Assembly: GCF_035254065.1 (NCBI RefSeq)
Contig: NZ_DATFBA010000167.1
Coordinates: 1-45,493 of the forward strand
From: Geomonas sp.
Lineage (GTDB): Bacteria > Desulfobacterota > Desulfuromonadia > Geobacterales > Geobacteraceae
Length of the DNA stretch: 45,493 nt
Reading direction: 5' to 3'
Under the pieces are notes generated by a model. The model ran no database searches. It saw nothing but the letters and a program-made list of their open reading frames with translations, and had not been told where the DNA came from. Shown piece by piece: positions 1-9,093 of this stretch; within the stretch, counting starts at the first letter, position 1, and every line of letters starts with the position of its first letter. The position numbers were made by a program, and so were the translations under genes.

Positions 1-1
1 C

Positions 2-1276
2 CTGCGCACCAAGGCGGTGGTGGGAAGGGCGATGGGGGCCTTCTCCAAGTTCAGGGACGGCCTCGCCTTCGCCTTCGCGCCCCCCGCGGTGGTCGAGCTC
101 GGTCAGGCCAACGGCTTCGACTTCCAGCTGCAGGACAGGGGCGCCGTCGGCCACGCCAAGCTGATGGAGGCCAGGAACCAGCTGTTGGGCATGGCCATGA
201 AGAACCCCAAGCTGGTTGGCGTGCGACCTAACGGCCAGGACGACTCCCCCGAGTTCAAACTCGACATCGACGACGTCAGGGCTGGCGCCCTCGGGGTCTC
301 CCTGGACGACGTCAACAACGCCCTCTCCAGCGGCTGGGGTAGTTCCTTCGTCAACAACTTCATCCAGAACGGCCGCGTCAAGAAGGTCTACCTGCAGTCC
401 GACGCCCAGCACCGCATGGTGCCTGAGGACATCAACCGCTGGTACGTCCGCAACAACCTGGGCGCCATGGTCCCCTTCTCGGCCTTTGCCACCGCCCACT
501 GGCGCTACGCCTCTCCGCGCCTGGAGCGCTACAACGGCATCCCGTCGGTGGAGATCATGGGGCAGGCCGCTCCCGGGGTGAGCACCGGCGAGGCCATGGC
601 CGAGCTGGAGAAGATGGCGGCCAAGCTGCCGCCGGGGATCGGCTACGAATGGACCGGCCTCTCCTACGAGGAGAAGAACGCAGGGGCGCAGGCGCCGGCC
701 CTCTATGCCATCTCGCTGCTGGTGGTGTTCCTGAGCGTGGCGGCCCTCTACGAGAGCTGGACCATCCCCTTCGTCAACCTGCTCATGCTGCCGCTTGGCC
801 TGGTGGGCGCGGTGGCCGCGGTCAAGTTCCGCATGCTGCCCAACGACGTCTACCTGCAGATCGGCCTCTTGACCACGGTCGGCCTCTCCACCAAGAATGC
901 CATCCTGATCATCCAGTTCATCAAGGAGCAGATGCACCAGGGGCTGGGGCTGATGGAGGCGACCAAGGCGGCGGTCAGGATCAGGCTGCGTCCGGTCATC
1001 ATGACCTCGCTCGCCTTCTTCTTCGGCACCCTGCCGCTCGCCCTCACCAAAGGGGCCGGCGCCGGTGCCCAGAACGCCATCGGTACCGCGGTCACCGGCG
1101 GCCTCTTGTCGGCGACCTTCATCGACCTGATCTTCATCCCCTTCTTCTTCGTGCTGGTCTCCCGGATCTTCGCCAAGAAGGCGCCCGCTCTCCAACCGGC
1201 CCAGGCCGGACATGCGGAGGGGGGTGCGGGAGAAGGAACGGCGAAACCAGCGGTATCCGCCTCGGAGGTTAACTAG
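2..1276 (+). CDS. RND efflux permease, AcrB/MexB (HAE1) family, 5'-truncated by window edge
   Basis: Open frame from window start; AcrB-type motifs LERYNG, LPPGIGYEWTG, AALYESW, GLSTKNAILI, RLRPVIMTS; stop TAG 1274-1276. Confidence 0.95.
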   Translation: MRTKAVVGRAMGAFSKFRDGLAFAFAPPAVVELGQANGFDFQLQDRGAVGHAKLMEARNQLLGMAMKNPKLVGVRPNGQDDSPEFKLDIDDVRAGALGVSLDDVNNALSSGWGSSFVNNFIQNGRVKKVYLQSDAQHRMVPEDINRWYVRNNLGAMVPFSAFATAHWRYASPRLERYNGIPSVEIMGQAAPGVSTGEAMAELEKMAAKLPPGIGYEWTGLSYEEKNAGAQAPALYAISLLVVFLSVAALYESWTIPFVNLLMLPLGLVGAVAAVKFRMLPNDVYLQIGLLTTVGLSTKNAILIIQFIKEQMHQGLGLMEATKAAVRIRLRPVIMTSLAFFFGTLPLALTKGAGAGAQNAIGTAVTGGLLSATFIDLIFIPFFFVLVSRIFAKKAPALQPAQAGHAEGGAGEGTAKPAVSASEVN

Positions 1277-1278
1277 CT

Positions 1279-2706
1279 ATGAATCGTAGAGTAGCTCTCT
1301 CGCTCGCCATGGGTGCGGTGCTGGCCGTGACCGGCTGCACCATGGCGCCTAAATACACCCGGCCGGCGCTCCCGACACCGAGCGCCTTCCCCACCGGCGC
1401 GGCCTACCAGGGGACCGCCGCGCAGGGCCCGGCCCTGGGGGACATCGCCTGGCAGGAGTTCTTCGTGGACCAAAACCTGCGCAAGGTCATCGAGCTCGCC
1501 CTGAAGAACAACCGCGACCTGCGGGTGGCCACCCTCAACATCGAGCGCTCGCAGGCCCTGTACCGGGTCCAGCGCGCCGCCCTTTTCCCGGCGGTGAACG
1601 CTAATGCCTCTTACGCCGCGCAGCGGCTGCCGCGCACCATCTCCGGCAACGGGAAGCCGGCGGTCACCCACGCCTACAACCTGGGGGTGGGGGTGAGCTC
1701 CTACGAGGTCGACCTGTTCGGGCGGGTGCGCAGCCTGAACGAGCAGGCGCTCCAGCAGTACTTCGCCACCGAGCAGGCGCAGCGTGCGGTGCAGATCAGC
1801 CTGGTGGCCGAGGTGGCCAACAACTACCTGATCCTGGCCGCCGACCGTGAGCGGCTGAAGATCGCCCAGGACACCCTGGCCGCTCAGGAGGCCTCCTACG
1901 AGCTGACCAAGAGCCGCTTTAACATGGGGGTCGCCACCGCACTCGACTTGAGCCGTGCCGCGACCACCGTGGAATCGGCGCGGGTGGACATCGGTCAGTA
2001 CACCGAGCAGATCGCGGCAGACATCAACGCCCTCGAGCTGGTGGCCGGCTCTCCCGTGCCGACCGAACTGCTGCCCAACGGCCTCACCGCGGTAACCGCG
2101 CTGAAAGAGGTGGCGCCGGGGCTTCCTTCCGAACTGCTCGCCCGGCGTCCCGACGTGCTGCAGGCGGAAAACCTCCTGAGAGGGGCCAACGCCAACATCG
2201 GTGCCGCCCGCGCAGCCTTCTTCCCCCGCATCACGCTGACCACCGCCATCGGTACCTCCAGCAACGAGCTGGTAGGCCTCTTCTCCGGCGGTTCCGGGGC
2301 CTGGTCGTTCCTGCCGCAGATCAGCGTGCCGATCTTCAACGGCGGCCAGAACCGGGCCAACCTGAAGGTGGCCGAGGTCGACACCAGCATCGCGGTGGCC
2401 GAGTACGAGAAGGCCATCCAGGTCGCCTTCCGCGAGGTGGCCGACGCCCTGGCGCGCTACGGAACCGTGGGCGGCCGGCTGACCTCGCAGCAGGCACTGG
2501 TCGATTCCAGCGCCGAGAGCTACCGTCTCTCCAGCGCCCGCTTCAGCGGCGGGGTCGACAACTACCTCTCCGTGCTGGACGCCCAGCGCTCGCTGTACAC
2601 GGCCCAGCAGGGCCTGGTCACCCTGCGCCTCTCCAAGCTCGCCAACATGGTCAACCTCTACAAGGTGCTGGGTGGCGGCGCCGAGCCGGTAAAAGAGGGG
2701 ATGTAG
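1279..2706 (+). CDS. Outer-membrane efflux lipoprotein, OprM/NodT family
   Basis: Lipobox AVTGC, NNRDLRVA, YEVDLFGRVRS, PSELLARRPDV, LYKVLGGG; starts 2 nt after the RND gene. Confidence 0.95.
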   Translation: MNRRVALSLAMGAVLAVTGCTMAPKYTRPALPTPSAFPTGAAYQGTAAQGPALGDIAWQEFFVDQNLRKVIELALKNNRDLRVATLNIERSQALYRVQRAALFPAVNANASYAAQRLPRTISGNGKPAVTHAYNLGVGVSSYEVDLFGRVRSLNEQALQQYFATEQAQRAVQISLVAEVANNYLILAADRERLKIAQDTLAAQEASYELTKSRFNMGVATALDLSRAATTVESARVDIGQYTEQIAADINALELVAGSPVPTELLPNGLTAVTALKEVAPGLPSELLARRPDVLQAENLLRGANANIGAARAAFFPRITLTTAIGTSSNELVGLFSGGSGAWSFLPQISVPIFNGGQNRANLKVAEVDTSIAVAEYEKAIQVAFREVADALARYGTVGGRLTSQQALVDSSAESYRLSSARFSGGVDNYLSVLDAQRSLYTAQQGLVTLRLSKLANMVNLYKVLGGGAEPVKEGM

Positions 2707-2734
2707 CCGAAACACCACAGGTCGTTCAGAAAGC

Positions 2735-2771
2735 AAAAAGGGAGCGGGGATATGGATCCTGCTCCCTTTTT
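2735..2771 (+). terminator. Rho-independent terminator of efflux operon (possibly bidirectional)
   Basis: AAAAAGGGAGC...GCTCCCTTTTT stem flanked by A and T tracts. Confidence 0.8.
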
Positions 2772-2828
2772 CTTTCGAAACCTCTTCGCCGTGCTCTCCT
2801 TGCACCAATCCAACCCCATGCCAGCACT

Positions 2829-2861
2829 CCCTCCCCCTCCGGCGGAGGGTCGGGGTGAGGG
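2829..2861. repeat. REP-like hairpin repeat, copy 1
   Basis: CCCTCCCCCTCCGGCGGAGGGTCGGGGTGAGGG, similar to copies at 10539-10635 and 12785-12824. Confidence 0.7.
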
Positions 2862-2973
2862 AAGCCCCGCATCTTCGCAGACGTGCCGCTCGTCCCGCCT
2901 TCCTTTTTGTTTCAGCCACCAGCTGTTCTCGCCGATAATTTAATACTATTAATCTTGTCAGGGGTGATCACTG

Positions 2974-4653
2974 TTGACTGGTGAGATAATGAGAAAGCCG
3001 TCCCACCTCTACCTCTGTCTCCTCTTCATGGTAACTGCGCTGCTGGCGGCGAAGCAGTTCCTGGTCGGAGGCTACTACTGCGTAATACTCCTCGACGATA
3101 CCCGCGTCTATGTGGGGTGGGCCCGCCAGTTCCTGCAGGGACTGGGGGAAGGGGTGTTCTATCCGCGCTGGCTCCCGGACGAATGTAACGGCTATGGCAG
3201 CCCCACCTTTCTGCTCTACCCGCCTCTTTTCTTTTATGCGACCGCAGCGATGGCCGAATTGACCGGGTCACTGCTGGTGGGGATGAACCTGGTCCGGTGG
3301 CTGTCGCTTTTCCTCACCGTCGCCGGCGTCTTCTGCCTCTTGAGGGAGATCTTTACGACCAGAAGCGCATTCATGGCCGCGCTCTGCTACCTCCTTTTTC
3401 CGCTCACCATCTTGCAGCAGTACATCTGCGGCTCTTTCGCCGCTACGGTCTCCACCGTCTGGTACGCACCGCTGCTCCTCCAGCTTTTGCGCCACCACCG
3501 TGGCCGGAAGGCTTCTCCGCTCATATGGGGTGGTCTCTGTTATGGAGGGCTACTGCTCACCCACCTGATCAACGCCTACATGTTCGTTTTGGTCATGGCC
3601 GCTCTGCTCCTGGCCCTGGCGCTCGTAGCCAGGCGACCCGCCGAGCTTTGGGCCCTGCCGGTGGTGGTCGGTTTAGGTGCCCTGGTCTCCGCCGCCTACC
3701 TGCTGCCGGTTGCCTTCGAACGAAGCCACCTGCAGGTAAGCGCCTTCGTCACCCAGGGCCCCGGCTTTCTCTACAGCTACTTCTTCTTTTACCCCAACCG
3801 CCTCCACCTCATACCTCCCCACGTCATCAAATTCTGGCAGGGGTTCCATCGCATGTACCTGGTGTACGAACTGCTGCTGGTCGCTGTACTGGCCTGCTCG
3901 CTGCTTCGGCTGGTACGAAGCCGTGCGAGGCAGTTGTCGACGGAGAAGGCCGCTTCGCTGACCGCCGCCTTTCTGGCAGTGGCGCTGCTTACCATGTATC
4001 CGACGGTCGGGGCTTCGGAGTGGATGTGGCGCAGCATTCCGTTTTTCAACTACATCCAGTTCCCGTACCGCTGGGTGCCGCTTACCGCCCTGCTCTGCAC
4101 ACCGGCTGCCGCCTGGCTGTGGGCTAAGCAGGAGGAGGCTCTGCCGGCAGCCAACTTTGTCAAGGCGGCGACAGTGACCGTCCTGGCCATGGCTGCTGTT
4201 GACCTCTGTTACATATGGGAGGCACGTGGGGTGACGGAGGCCGAGCTGAGCGCCCAGACATCGCCATCGCCGCGCGAGCACATGCCGGCAGGGGCGGCGG
4301 TGGCAGGACTGTTGTCTTCTGGAAAGGCCGAGGTGACGGCGGGAAGGGGCTCGGCCTCGGTGGTGCGCTGGCAGTCCACCCGCAGGGAAGTGGCGGTCAT
4401 CGCCGACGGGGCTGTCACCATCAGGTTACGCACCTTCTACTTCCCCGGCTGGCGGAGCTACCTCGATGGCAGCCCCGCCGCCGTTGGCATCGAGCCCGGC
4501 TCCGGCGCATTGCTGGCGCAGGTGCCGCCCGGCAGGCACCGCCTCGAACTGGTCTTCGAGGACACCCCGGCCAGGAAGCTCGGCAAGGCGCTCTCGCTGG
4601 CTTCTCTGCCGGCGCTGGCCGTCTTGCTGCTGATATTTCGCCGCCCGCGATAG
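2974..4653 (+). CDS. Multi-pass membrane protein, PTPS-related/YfhO-like GT-C glycosyltransferase-like (ATG at 2989 is an alternative start)
   Basis: DD in first loop, GVFYPRW...NGYGSPTFLLYPPL, IQFPYRW, C-terminal FYFPGWRSYLDG and VPPGRHRLELVF as in YfhO-type proteins; many hydrophobic segments. Confidence 0.75.
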   Translation: MTGEIMRKPSHLYLCLLFMVTALLAAKQFLVGGYYCVILLDDTRVYVGWARQFLQGLGEGVFYPRWLPDECNGYGSPTFLLYPPLFFYATAAMAELTGSLLVGMNLVRWLSLFLTVAGVFCLLREIFTTRSAFMAALCYLLFPLTILQQYICGSFAATVSTVWYAPLLLQLLRHHRGRKASPLIWGGLCYGGLLLTHLINAYMFVLVMAALLLALALVARRPAELWALPVVVGLGALVSAAYLLPVAFERSHLQVSAFVTQGPGFLYSYFFFYPNRLHLIPPHVIKFWQGFHRMYLVYELLLVAVLACSLLRLVRSRARQLSTEKAASLTAAFLAVALLTMYPTVGASEWMWRSIPFFNYIQFPYRWVPLTALLCTPAAAWLWAKQEEALPAANFVKAATVTVLAMAAVDLCYIWEARGVTEAELSAQTSPSPREHMPAGAAVAGLLSSGKAEVTAGRGSASVVRWQSTRREVAVIADGAVTIRLRTFYFPGWRSYLDGSPAAVGIEPGSGALLAQVPPGRHRLELVFEDTPARKLGKALSLASLPALAVLLLIFRRPR

Positions 4654-4748
4654 CCAGGCCGGGTCCGACCGATTTCGGCTGACTGCGGTATCATAATAAC
4701 TGTTTCAGCGAGCCACCGGCAGCTGCCCCGCGGGGCGAGGAGGTCGAC

Positions 4749-4922
4749 ATGGATGACGACGAACTGGCGAGGCGGACGAACCCGCTGATAATGGTGCTCG
4801 AGCGGCGCAAGGAGGAGAAGGAGTGGAACTCGGCCGAGGTGATGCGGATACTCAGGAAGAGGGCTGCCAAGAGGAGGCAGGGGGAAACGGCGGAGTCCGC
4901 TGGGATCAAGGAAAAGGAATAG
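4749..4922 (+). CDS. 57-aa charged small protein not in ORF track (MDDDELARRTNPLIMVLERRKEEKEWNSAEVMRILRKRAAKRRQGETAESAGIKEKE)
   Basis: GAGGAGG RBS before ATG 4749, TAG 4920-4922, terminator immediately downstream. Confidence 0.65.
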   Translation: MDDDELARRTNPLIMVLERRKEEKEWNSAEVMRILRKRAAKRRQGETAESAGIKEKE

Positions 4923-4939
4923 TGTCTTTCATGAGGAAT

Positions 4940-4966
4940 GGCACCACCGATGCGGTGCCCTTTTTT
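4940..4966 (+). terminator. Rho-independent terminator
   Basis: GGCACC-8nt-GGTGCC followed by CTTTTTT. Confidence 0.7.
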
Positions 4967-5103
4967 GTTGGGAGGGAAGGGCAGCAGCTCGCGCAGCCCC
5001 TGTAGACCAGCCTTCGGCAGGCAGGCCGCAGACCTGTTGACTAGATATAGTTAATTGAATTATCATAAAAAGTGTAGGAAGGAATGAAGTCGGGAGGTGC
5101 CTT

Positions 5104-5622
5104 ATGTTTGAAAAGAACGAAAAAAGCATCCTGGAAGGGCAGCAAGGTCAACAGAGCAGCCAGCTGCAGCAGACCCGGGGGAGCCGTGGGGCTGTTTCTC
5201 CGTTCGCGCAGATGGATCGCCTCTTTGACGAGATGTTCAAACGGCCGTTCTTCTCGCTCTGGTCTCCGCACATCAGTGGCGAGACTTCCGAGCGTCTCTA
5301 CGTCCCGGTGGACATCTACGAAGACGGCGAGTCGGTGATCGTCAAAGCCGAGATACCTGGCATGAGGAAAGAAGACCTCAACGTCCAGCTGACCCCTGAC
5401 AGCATCACCATCTCGGGCGAGAAAACCACCCAGAACAAGGTGCAGGAAGGGAACTACTACCGGTGCGAAACCTCTTCCGGTTCCTTCAGCCGGACCTGCC
5501 AGCTGCCGGTGGAAACCCTTTCCGACAAGGCTCGGGCCACCTTCAAAGACGGCATCCTGGAAGTGAGGATTCCGAAGAGCGAAGAGGCTGCCAAGCGCGT
5601 CAGGAAGCTGAACATCGAGTAA
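5104..5622 (+). CDS. Small heat-shock protein Hsp20/alpha-crystallin family
   Basis: PVDIYE, KAEIPG, GSFSRTCQLP, ATFKDGILEVRIPK; GGAGG RBS. Confidence 0.95.
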   Translation: MFEKNEKSILEGQQGQQSSQLQQTRGSRGAVSPFAQMDRLFDEMFKRPFFSLWSPHISGETSERLYVPVDIYEDGESVIVKAEIPGMRKEDLNVQLTPDSITISGEKTTQNKVQEGNYYRCETSSGSFSRTCQLPVETLSDKARATFKDGILEVRIPKSEEAAKRVRKLNIE

Positions 5623-5668
5623 CGCGCGAGAAAAACAGAATAAGCAGTAACGGCTTTGTGCCGGTCAT

Positions 5669-5709
5669 CAATGGCTGCGGCGGTTGTCGCGGCCATTGTT
5701 TATTTATTT
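5669..5709 (+). terminator. Terminator after hsp20
   Basis: CAATGGCTGCGGC-GGTT-GTCGCGGCCATTG then TTTATTTATTT. Confidence 0.7.
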
Positions 5710-5789
5710 GAGAACGGCATGTTGAGTATCCAACGCCGACCTATCAAGCTCTCAACGGATGCCGACTATAGGTTTCCTCGCAATTCCCA

Positions 5790-5807
5790 TTGTCACATGG
5801 CTGTAAC
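5790..5807 (+). promoter_or_regulatory. Putative Pho box (PhoB site) upstream of ppk1
   Basis: TTGTCAC-atgg-CTGTAAC: two half-sites at 11-bp period resembling CTGTCAT. Confidence 0.55.
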
Positions 5808-5866
5808 TTGCGAGGGAGCGGAAAGTAGTGTAATCATTATATATGTCAAATCTGTCGGAGATTTCC

Positions 5867-8335
5867 GTGATAGCCAAGAAAACCGCGTTGTCGGAAGGTT
5901 CACACCACGAGCTCACCGCTGTAGCTCCTCCCAGGGAATACGAAATCTTTGCCGTGGCCGAACCGGCAGACTCGCCCGTCCAGGCTGCCTCGCATGCTGC
6001 GCCGGAGGTGGGAGTATCCCAACCTGCGCATCCGTCGCAGCCGCCGCTTCCCGCCAGCGTAAGCACGGCCGACGAAGTGGTCCCTCATCCGCATCGGGAC
6101 AGGAAGGGTAAGGCCAAGGCTGCCAAGGAGAAATCAGCCAAGGCTCCGGTGAAGCCGAAGATCTTGAAGGGGGCCGAGAAAGCAGCCAAGGCCGCCACCG
6201 CGAAACACAAGGAGTCGGTGGCGGAGGAGGCATGTCCCTTCGACCTCACCGACAGCGAATGGTTTCTGAACAGGGAGCTTACCTGGCTGGAATTCAACCG
6301 GCGCGTGCTGCACGAGGCGGTCGACGAGCGGACGCCGCTTCTGGAGCGGCTCAAGTTTATCGCCATCGTCAGCTCCAACCTCGACGAATTCGTGATGAAG
6401 AGGATCGGCGGCCTCAAGCAGCAGATCGGCGCCGGCATGCACGACCTGACGCTGGACGGGCGCACCCCCCGCCAGCAGGTGCTCGAGTCCCAGATGGTGC
6501 TGCGCGACATCAATGCCCATATCAAGGAGGCGTTCAGCAAGGTGCGGGCGCTTCTGGAGCAGAAGGGCATCATCATCGAGAGCTACCAGACCCTCACCGC
6601 CAAGCAGAAGAAGCAGTTGAGGGAGCACTACTACGACAACATCTACCCGCTCCTGACACCGCAATCCATCGATCCCGCCCACCCCTTCCCCTTCATCTCC
6701 AACCTGTCGCTGAACCTGCTGGTCACCCTGCGCTACCCCAAATCCCGGGAGCTCTCGCTGGCCCGCGTGAAGGTGCCGGTCGGCCTCGGTTCTCCCCGCT
6801 TCATCCGGATCGGGAAGGCGGATCACTTCATCCCCTTGGAAGAGGTGATGATGAACAACCTGGACATGCTCTTCCCGGGGATGACCATCGTCTCCTGCGA
6901 GATCTTCAGGGTGACCCGCAACGCCAACACCGAGAAGGACGAGGAGGAGGCGGACGACCTGATGGCGATGATCGAGTCCGAGCTCAAGGAGCGCAAGTTC
7001 GCGCCGATCGTGCGCCTGGAGGTCGCGGCCGGCATGGAGCCGATGCATCGTGGACGTCTGGCCGCCGAACTGGAGCTGGACGAGGAAAACGACGTCTTCG
7101 AGGTCTCCGGGATGCTCGCCAAACGCGACCTGTTCGAGATCGCGCGCCTGGACTACCCGCGCCTGCACGACCCCGCCCACCATCCGATCGACCACCCGCA
7201 GCTCCTCTCCACCCGCAACATCTTCCACATCATCCGTGATGCTGACGCCATCCTGTTGCAGCACCCCTACGTCTCCTTCTCCACCACTGTGGAGCGGTTC
7301 CTGCGGGAGGCGGCGGAGGATCCCAAGGTGCGGGCGATCAAGATGACCCTGTATCGGACCTCGAGCCAGAGCAGGATCATCGACGCGCTTTTGCAGGCTG
7401 CCCAGAACGGCAAGCAGGTGGCGGTGGTGGTGGAACTGAAGGCGCGCTTCGACGAGGCGACCAACATCAGGCTGGCCGAGCAGATGGAGGAGGCCGGTAT
7501 CCACGTCACCTACGGGGTGGTGGGGCTAAAGACCCACTGCAAGGTGATCCTGGTCGTGCGCCAGGATTTCCAGGGCTTAAGGCGCTACGTGCACATCGGC
7601 ACCGGTAACTACCATGCGGAGACCGCTCGCATCTACAGCGATCTGGGGCTGATCACCTGCGACCAGACCATCGCCCAGGACGTCACCGAGCTCTTCAACT
7701 ACCTGACCACCGGCTTCACCGCCAAGCGTAACTACCAGTCGCTGATGCCAGCCCCCAAGTTCCTCAAAAAGGGGCTATTGACGCGGATCGAGCGCGAGAT
7801 TGCCCTCCATAAGGAGGCCGGTGGCGGGCTGATCAAGTTCAAGATGAACGCCCTGGAGGACGGTGACATCGTCAAGGCGCTCTACAAGGCGTCCATGGCA
7901 GGGGTCAAGATCGACCTGTACGTGCGCGACACCTGCACGCTACGCCCAGGGATACCGGGGCTCTCCGAGAATATCCGGGTGGTCAGCGTGGTCGGGCGTT
8001 TTCTGGAACATGCCAGGATCTACTACTTCAGAAATGGCGGGGCAGAGGAGTTCTTCATCGCCTCGGCCGATGCTATGAAGCGGAACCTGGAGGCCCGGGT
8101 TGAGATCCTCTGCCCGGTTACCCAGCCGGAGCTGACCCGCGAGGTCTGGAGCATCTTCGAGTGCTTTGACGCCGACCACCGTTCCGCCTGGGACATGCAG
8201 TCAAACGGCAGCTACGTGCAGCGCCGCCCCGCGGAAGGGGAAAGCGGGGAAGGGTCCCACCAGATGCTGATCGCGCTGGCCCAGAAGCGGCTCAAGGAGT
8301 CGCTCAAGAAGCAGGTTAAAATCAAGCTGTTATGA
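5867..8335 (+). CDS. ppk1: Polyphosphate kinase 1 with long N-terminal extension (GTG 5867 preferred; ATG 5843 also in frame)
   Basis: FLNRELTWLEFNRRVL, DPAHPFPFISN, AIKMTLYRT, ELKARFDE, GLKTHCK, HIGTGNY, VGRFLEHARIY; GGAG before GTG 5867. Confidence 0.95.
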   Translation: MIAKKTALSEGSHHELTAVAPPREYEIFAVAEPADSPVQAASHAAPEVGVSQPAHPSQPPLPASVSTADEVVPHPHRDRKGKAKAAKEKSAKAPVKPKILKGAEKAAKAATAKHKESVAEEACPFDLTDSEWFLNRELTWLEFNRRVLHEAVDERTPLLERLKFIAIVSSNLDEFVMKRIGGLKQQIGAGMHDLTLDGRTPRQQVLESQMVLRDINAHIKEAFSKVRALLEQKGIIIESYQTLTAKQKKQLREHYYDNIYPLLTPQSIDPAHPFPFISNLSLNLLVTLRYPKSRELSLARVKVPVGLGSPRFIRIGKADHFIPLEEVMMNNLDMLFPGMTIVSCEIFRVTRNANTEKDEEEADDLMAMIESELKERKFAPIVRLEVAAGMEPMHRGRLAAELELDEENDVFEVSGMLAKRDLFEIARLDYPRLHDPAHHPIDHPQLLSTRNIFHIIRDADAILLQHPYVSFSTTVERFLREAAEDPKVRAIKMTLYRTSSQSRIIDALLQAAQNGKQVAVVVELKARFDEATNIRLAEQMEEAGIHVTYGVVGLKTHCKVILVVRQDFQGLRRYVHIGTGNYHAETARIYSDLGLITCDQTIAQDVTELFNYLTTGFTAKRNYQSLMPAPKFLKKGLLTRIEREIALHKEAGGGLIKFKMNALEDGDIVKALYKASMAGVKIDLYVRDTCTLRPGIPGLSENIRVVSVVGRFLEHARIYYFRNGGAEEFFIASADAMKRNLEARVEILCPVTQPELTREVWSIFECFDADHRSAWDMQSNGSYVQRRPAEGESGEGSHQMLIALAQKRLKESLKKQVKIKLL

Positions 8336-8357
8336 CCGTCTCGGAGTTTGATAAAGG

Positions 8358-8386
8358 GTGACACTGCCAGCCAAAAGCGCTAGCAT
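8358..8386 (+). promoter_or_regulatory. sigma70-like promoter for the small Cys/His gene
   Basis: GTGACA-17nt-TAGCAT. Confidence 0.45.
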
Positions 8387-8447
8387 AACCATTGGACCTG
8401 CGTACGAAGGACCAGCCTCCGTAGATCCGCACAAGGAGGTGACCAAG

Positions 8448-8726
8448 ATGCCCGACACGAAAACCACCTGCGTTTGCACCGGCGATCATGAGCATCATAT
8501 CTGCTACCTGCACAGCAAAGGTGAGGTCGCGGAGGTTGAGAGGCTGACCGACAACCCGACCGTTACCTGCGCGATCTGCCTGGTGAACGCCAACTCGCCC
8601 GATAACGTCTGTTCTCCCACCACCCTTGGCGGCGGCTTCAAGTACTCCGACATGCAGGACAGCAAGAAGATCCTCTGTGACAGTGTGATCGTCCAGTCGG
8701 CCGCCGAGCCTAAAGAGAAGGAGTAG
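8448..8726 (+). CDS. 92-aa Cys/His-rich hypothetical protein, probable metal binder
   Basis: AAGGAGGT RBS, ATG 8448; CxC...HEHHIC...CxxC...C pattern; own terminator. Confidence 0.75.
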   Translation: MPDTKTTCVCTGDHEHHICYLHSKGEVAEVERLTDNPTVTCAICLVNANSPDNVCSPTTLGGGFKYSDMQDSKKILCDSVIVQSAAEPKEKE

Positions 8727-8729
8727 ATT

Positions 8730-8760
8730 AAAAGCCGCCTTTCGCCGCGGCTTTTTCTTT
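8730..8760 (+). terminator. Rho-independent terminator
   Basis: AAAAGCCGC-8nt-GCGGCTTTTTCTTT. Confidence 0.75.
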
Positions 8761-8871
8761 GTCGGCCCCCCACCTCATACCTCTTTCAGCGTTTTACCGT
8801 CACTGCGAAGTCAGCGAAAGTAAATCCTTCACCTCGATCCCGCCGTGCCGTTGGCCGTTCCATCGCCTCTA

Positions 8872-8912
8872 TCCCCCTCTTCCAGCTCTCCCTCTCCCGG
8901 AGGGAGAGGGGA
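8872..8912. repeat. REP-like hairpin repeat, copy 2
   Basis: CCCTCTCCC-GGA-GGGAGAGGG hairpin at 8890-8910 with degenerate tail. Confidence 0.65.
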
Positions 8913-9093
8913 CTGTTGGCTGCTCACGACGCCTCTCCAGTGACCACAGGAGGGGGCGCGTGGCGCTGGCCGGAAGAATGCGGCTGATCAGCTATACTTT
9001 TGTATGGCGACAATCACTCACGGTAATGCACCTGACCGGCTCCGCCCTTCGGTAAGAGGGGCGGCCCCAGCGGAAGGGTGCTTCGGAGATACC

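Noticed and set aside
1273-2919. 548-aa minus-strand ORF
   Set aside because: Antisense shadow of the OprM-type gene in GC-rich DNA; its N-terminus is translated repeat sequence
5030-5103. CIRCE or sigma32 element upstream of hsp20
   Set aside because: No TTAGCACTC-N9-GAGTGCTAA or clear sigma32 consensus; only a weak TTGACT-18nt-TATCAT
8448-8726. Possible c-type cytochrome
   Set aside because: No CxxCH motif and no signal peptide
9028-9081. Long hairpin in the NlpC/P60 leader as a possible riboswitch
   Set aside because: GC-rich imperfect stem with no recognisable aptamer motif
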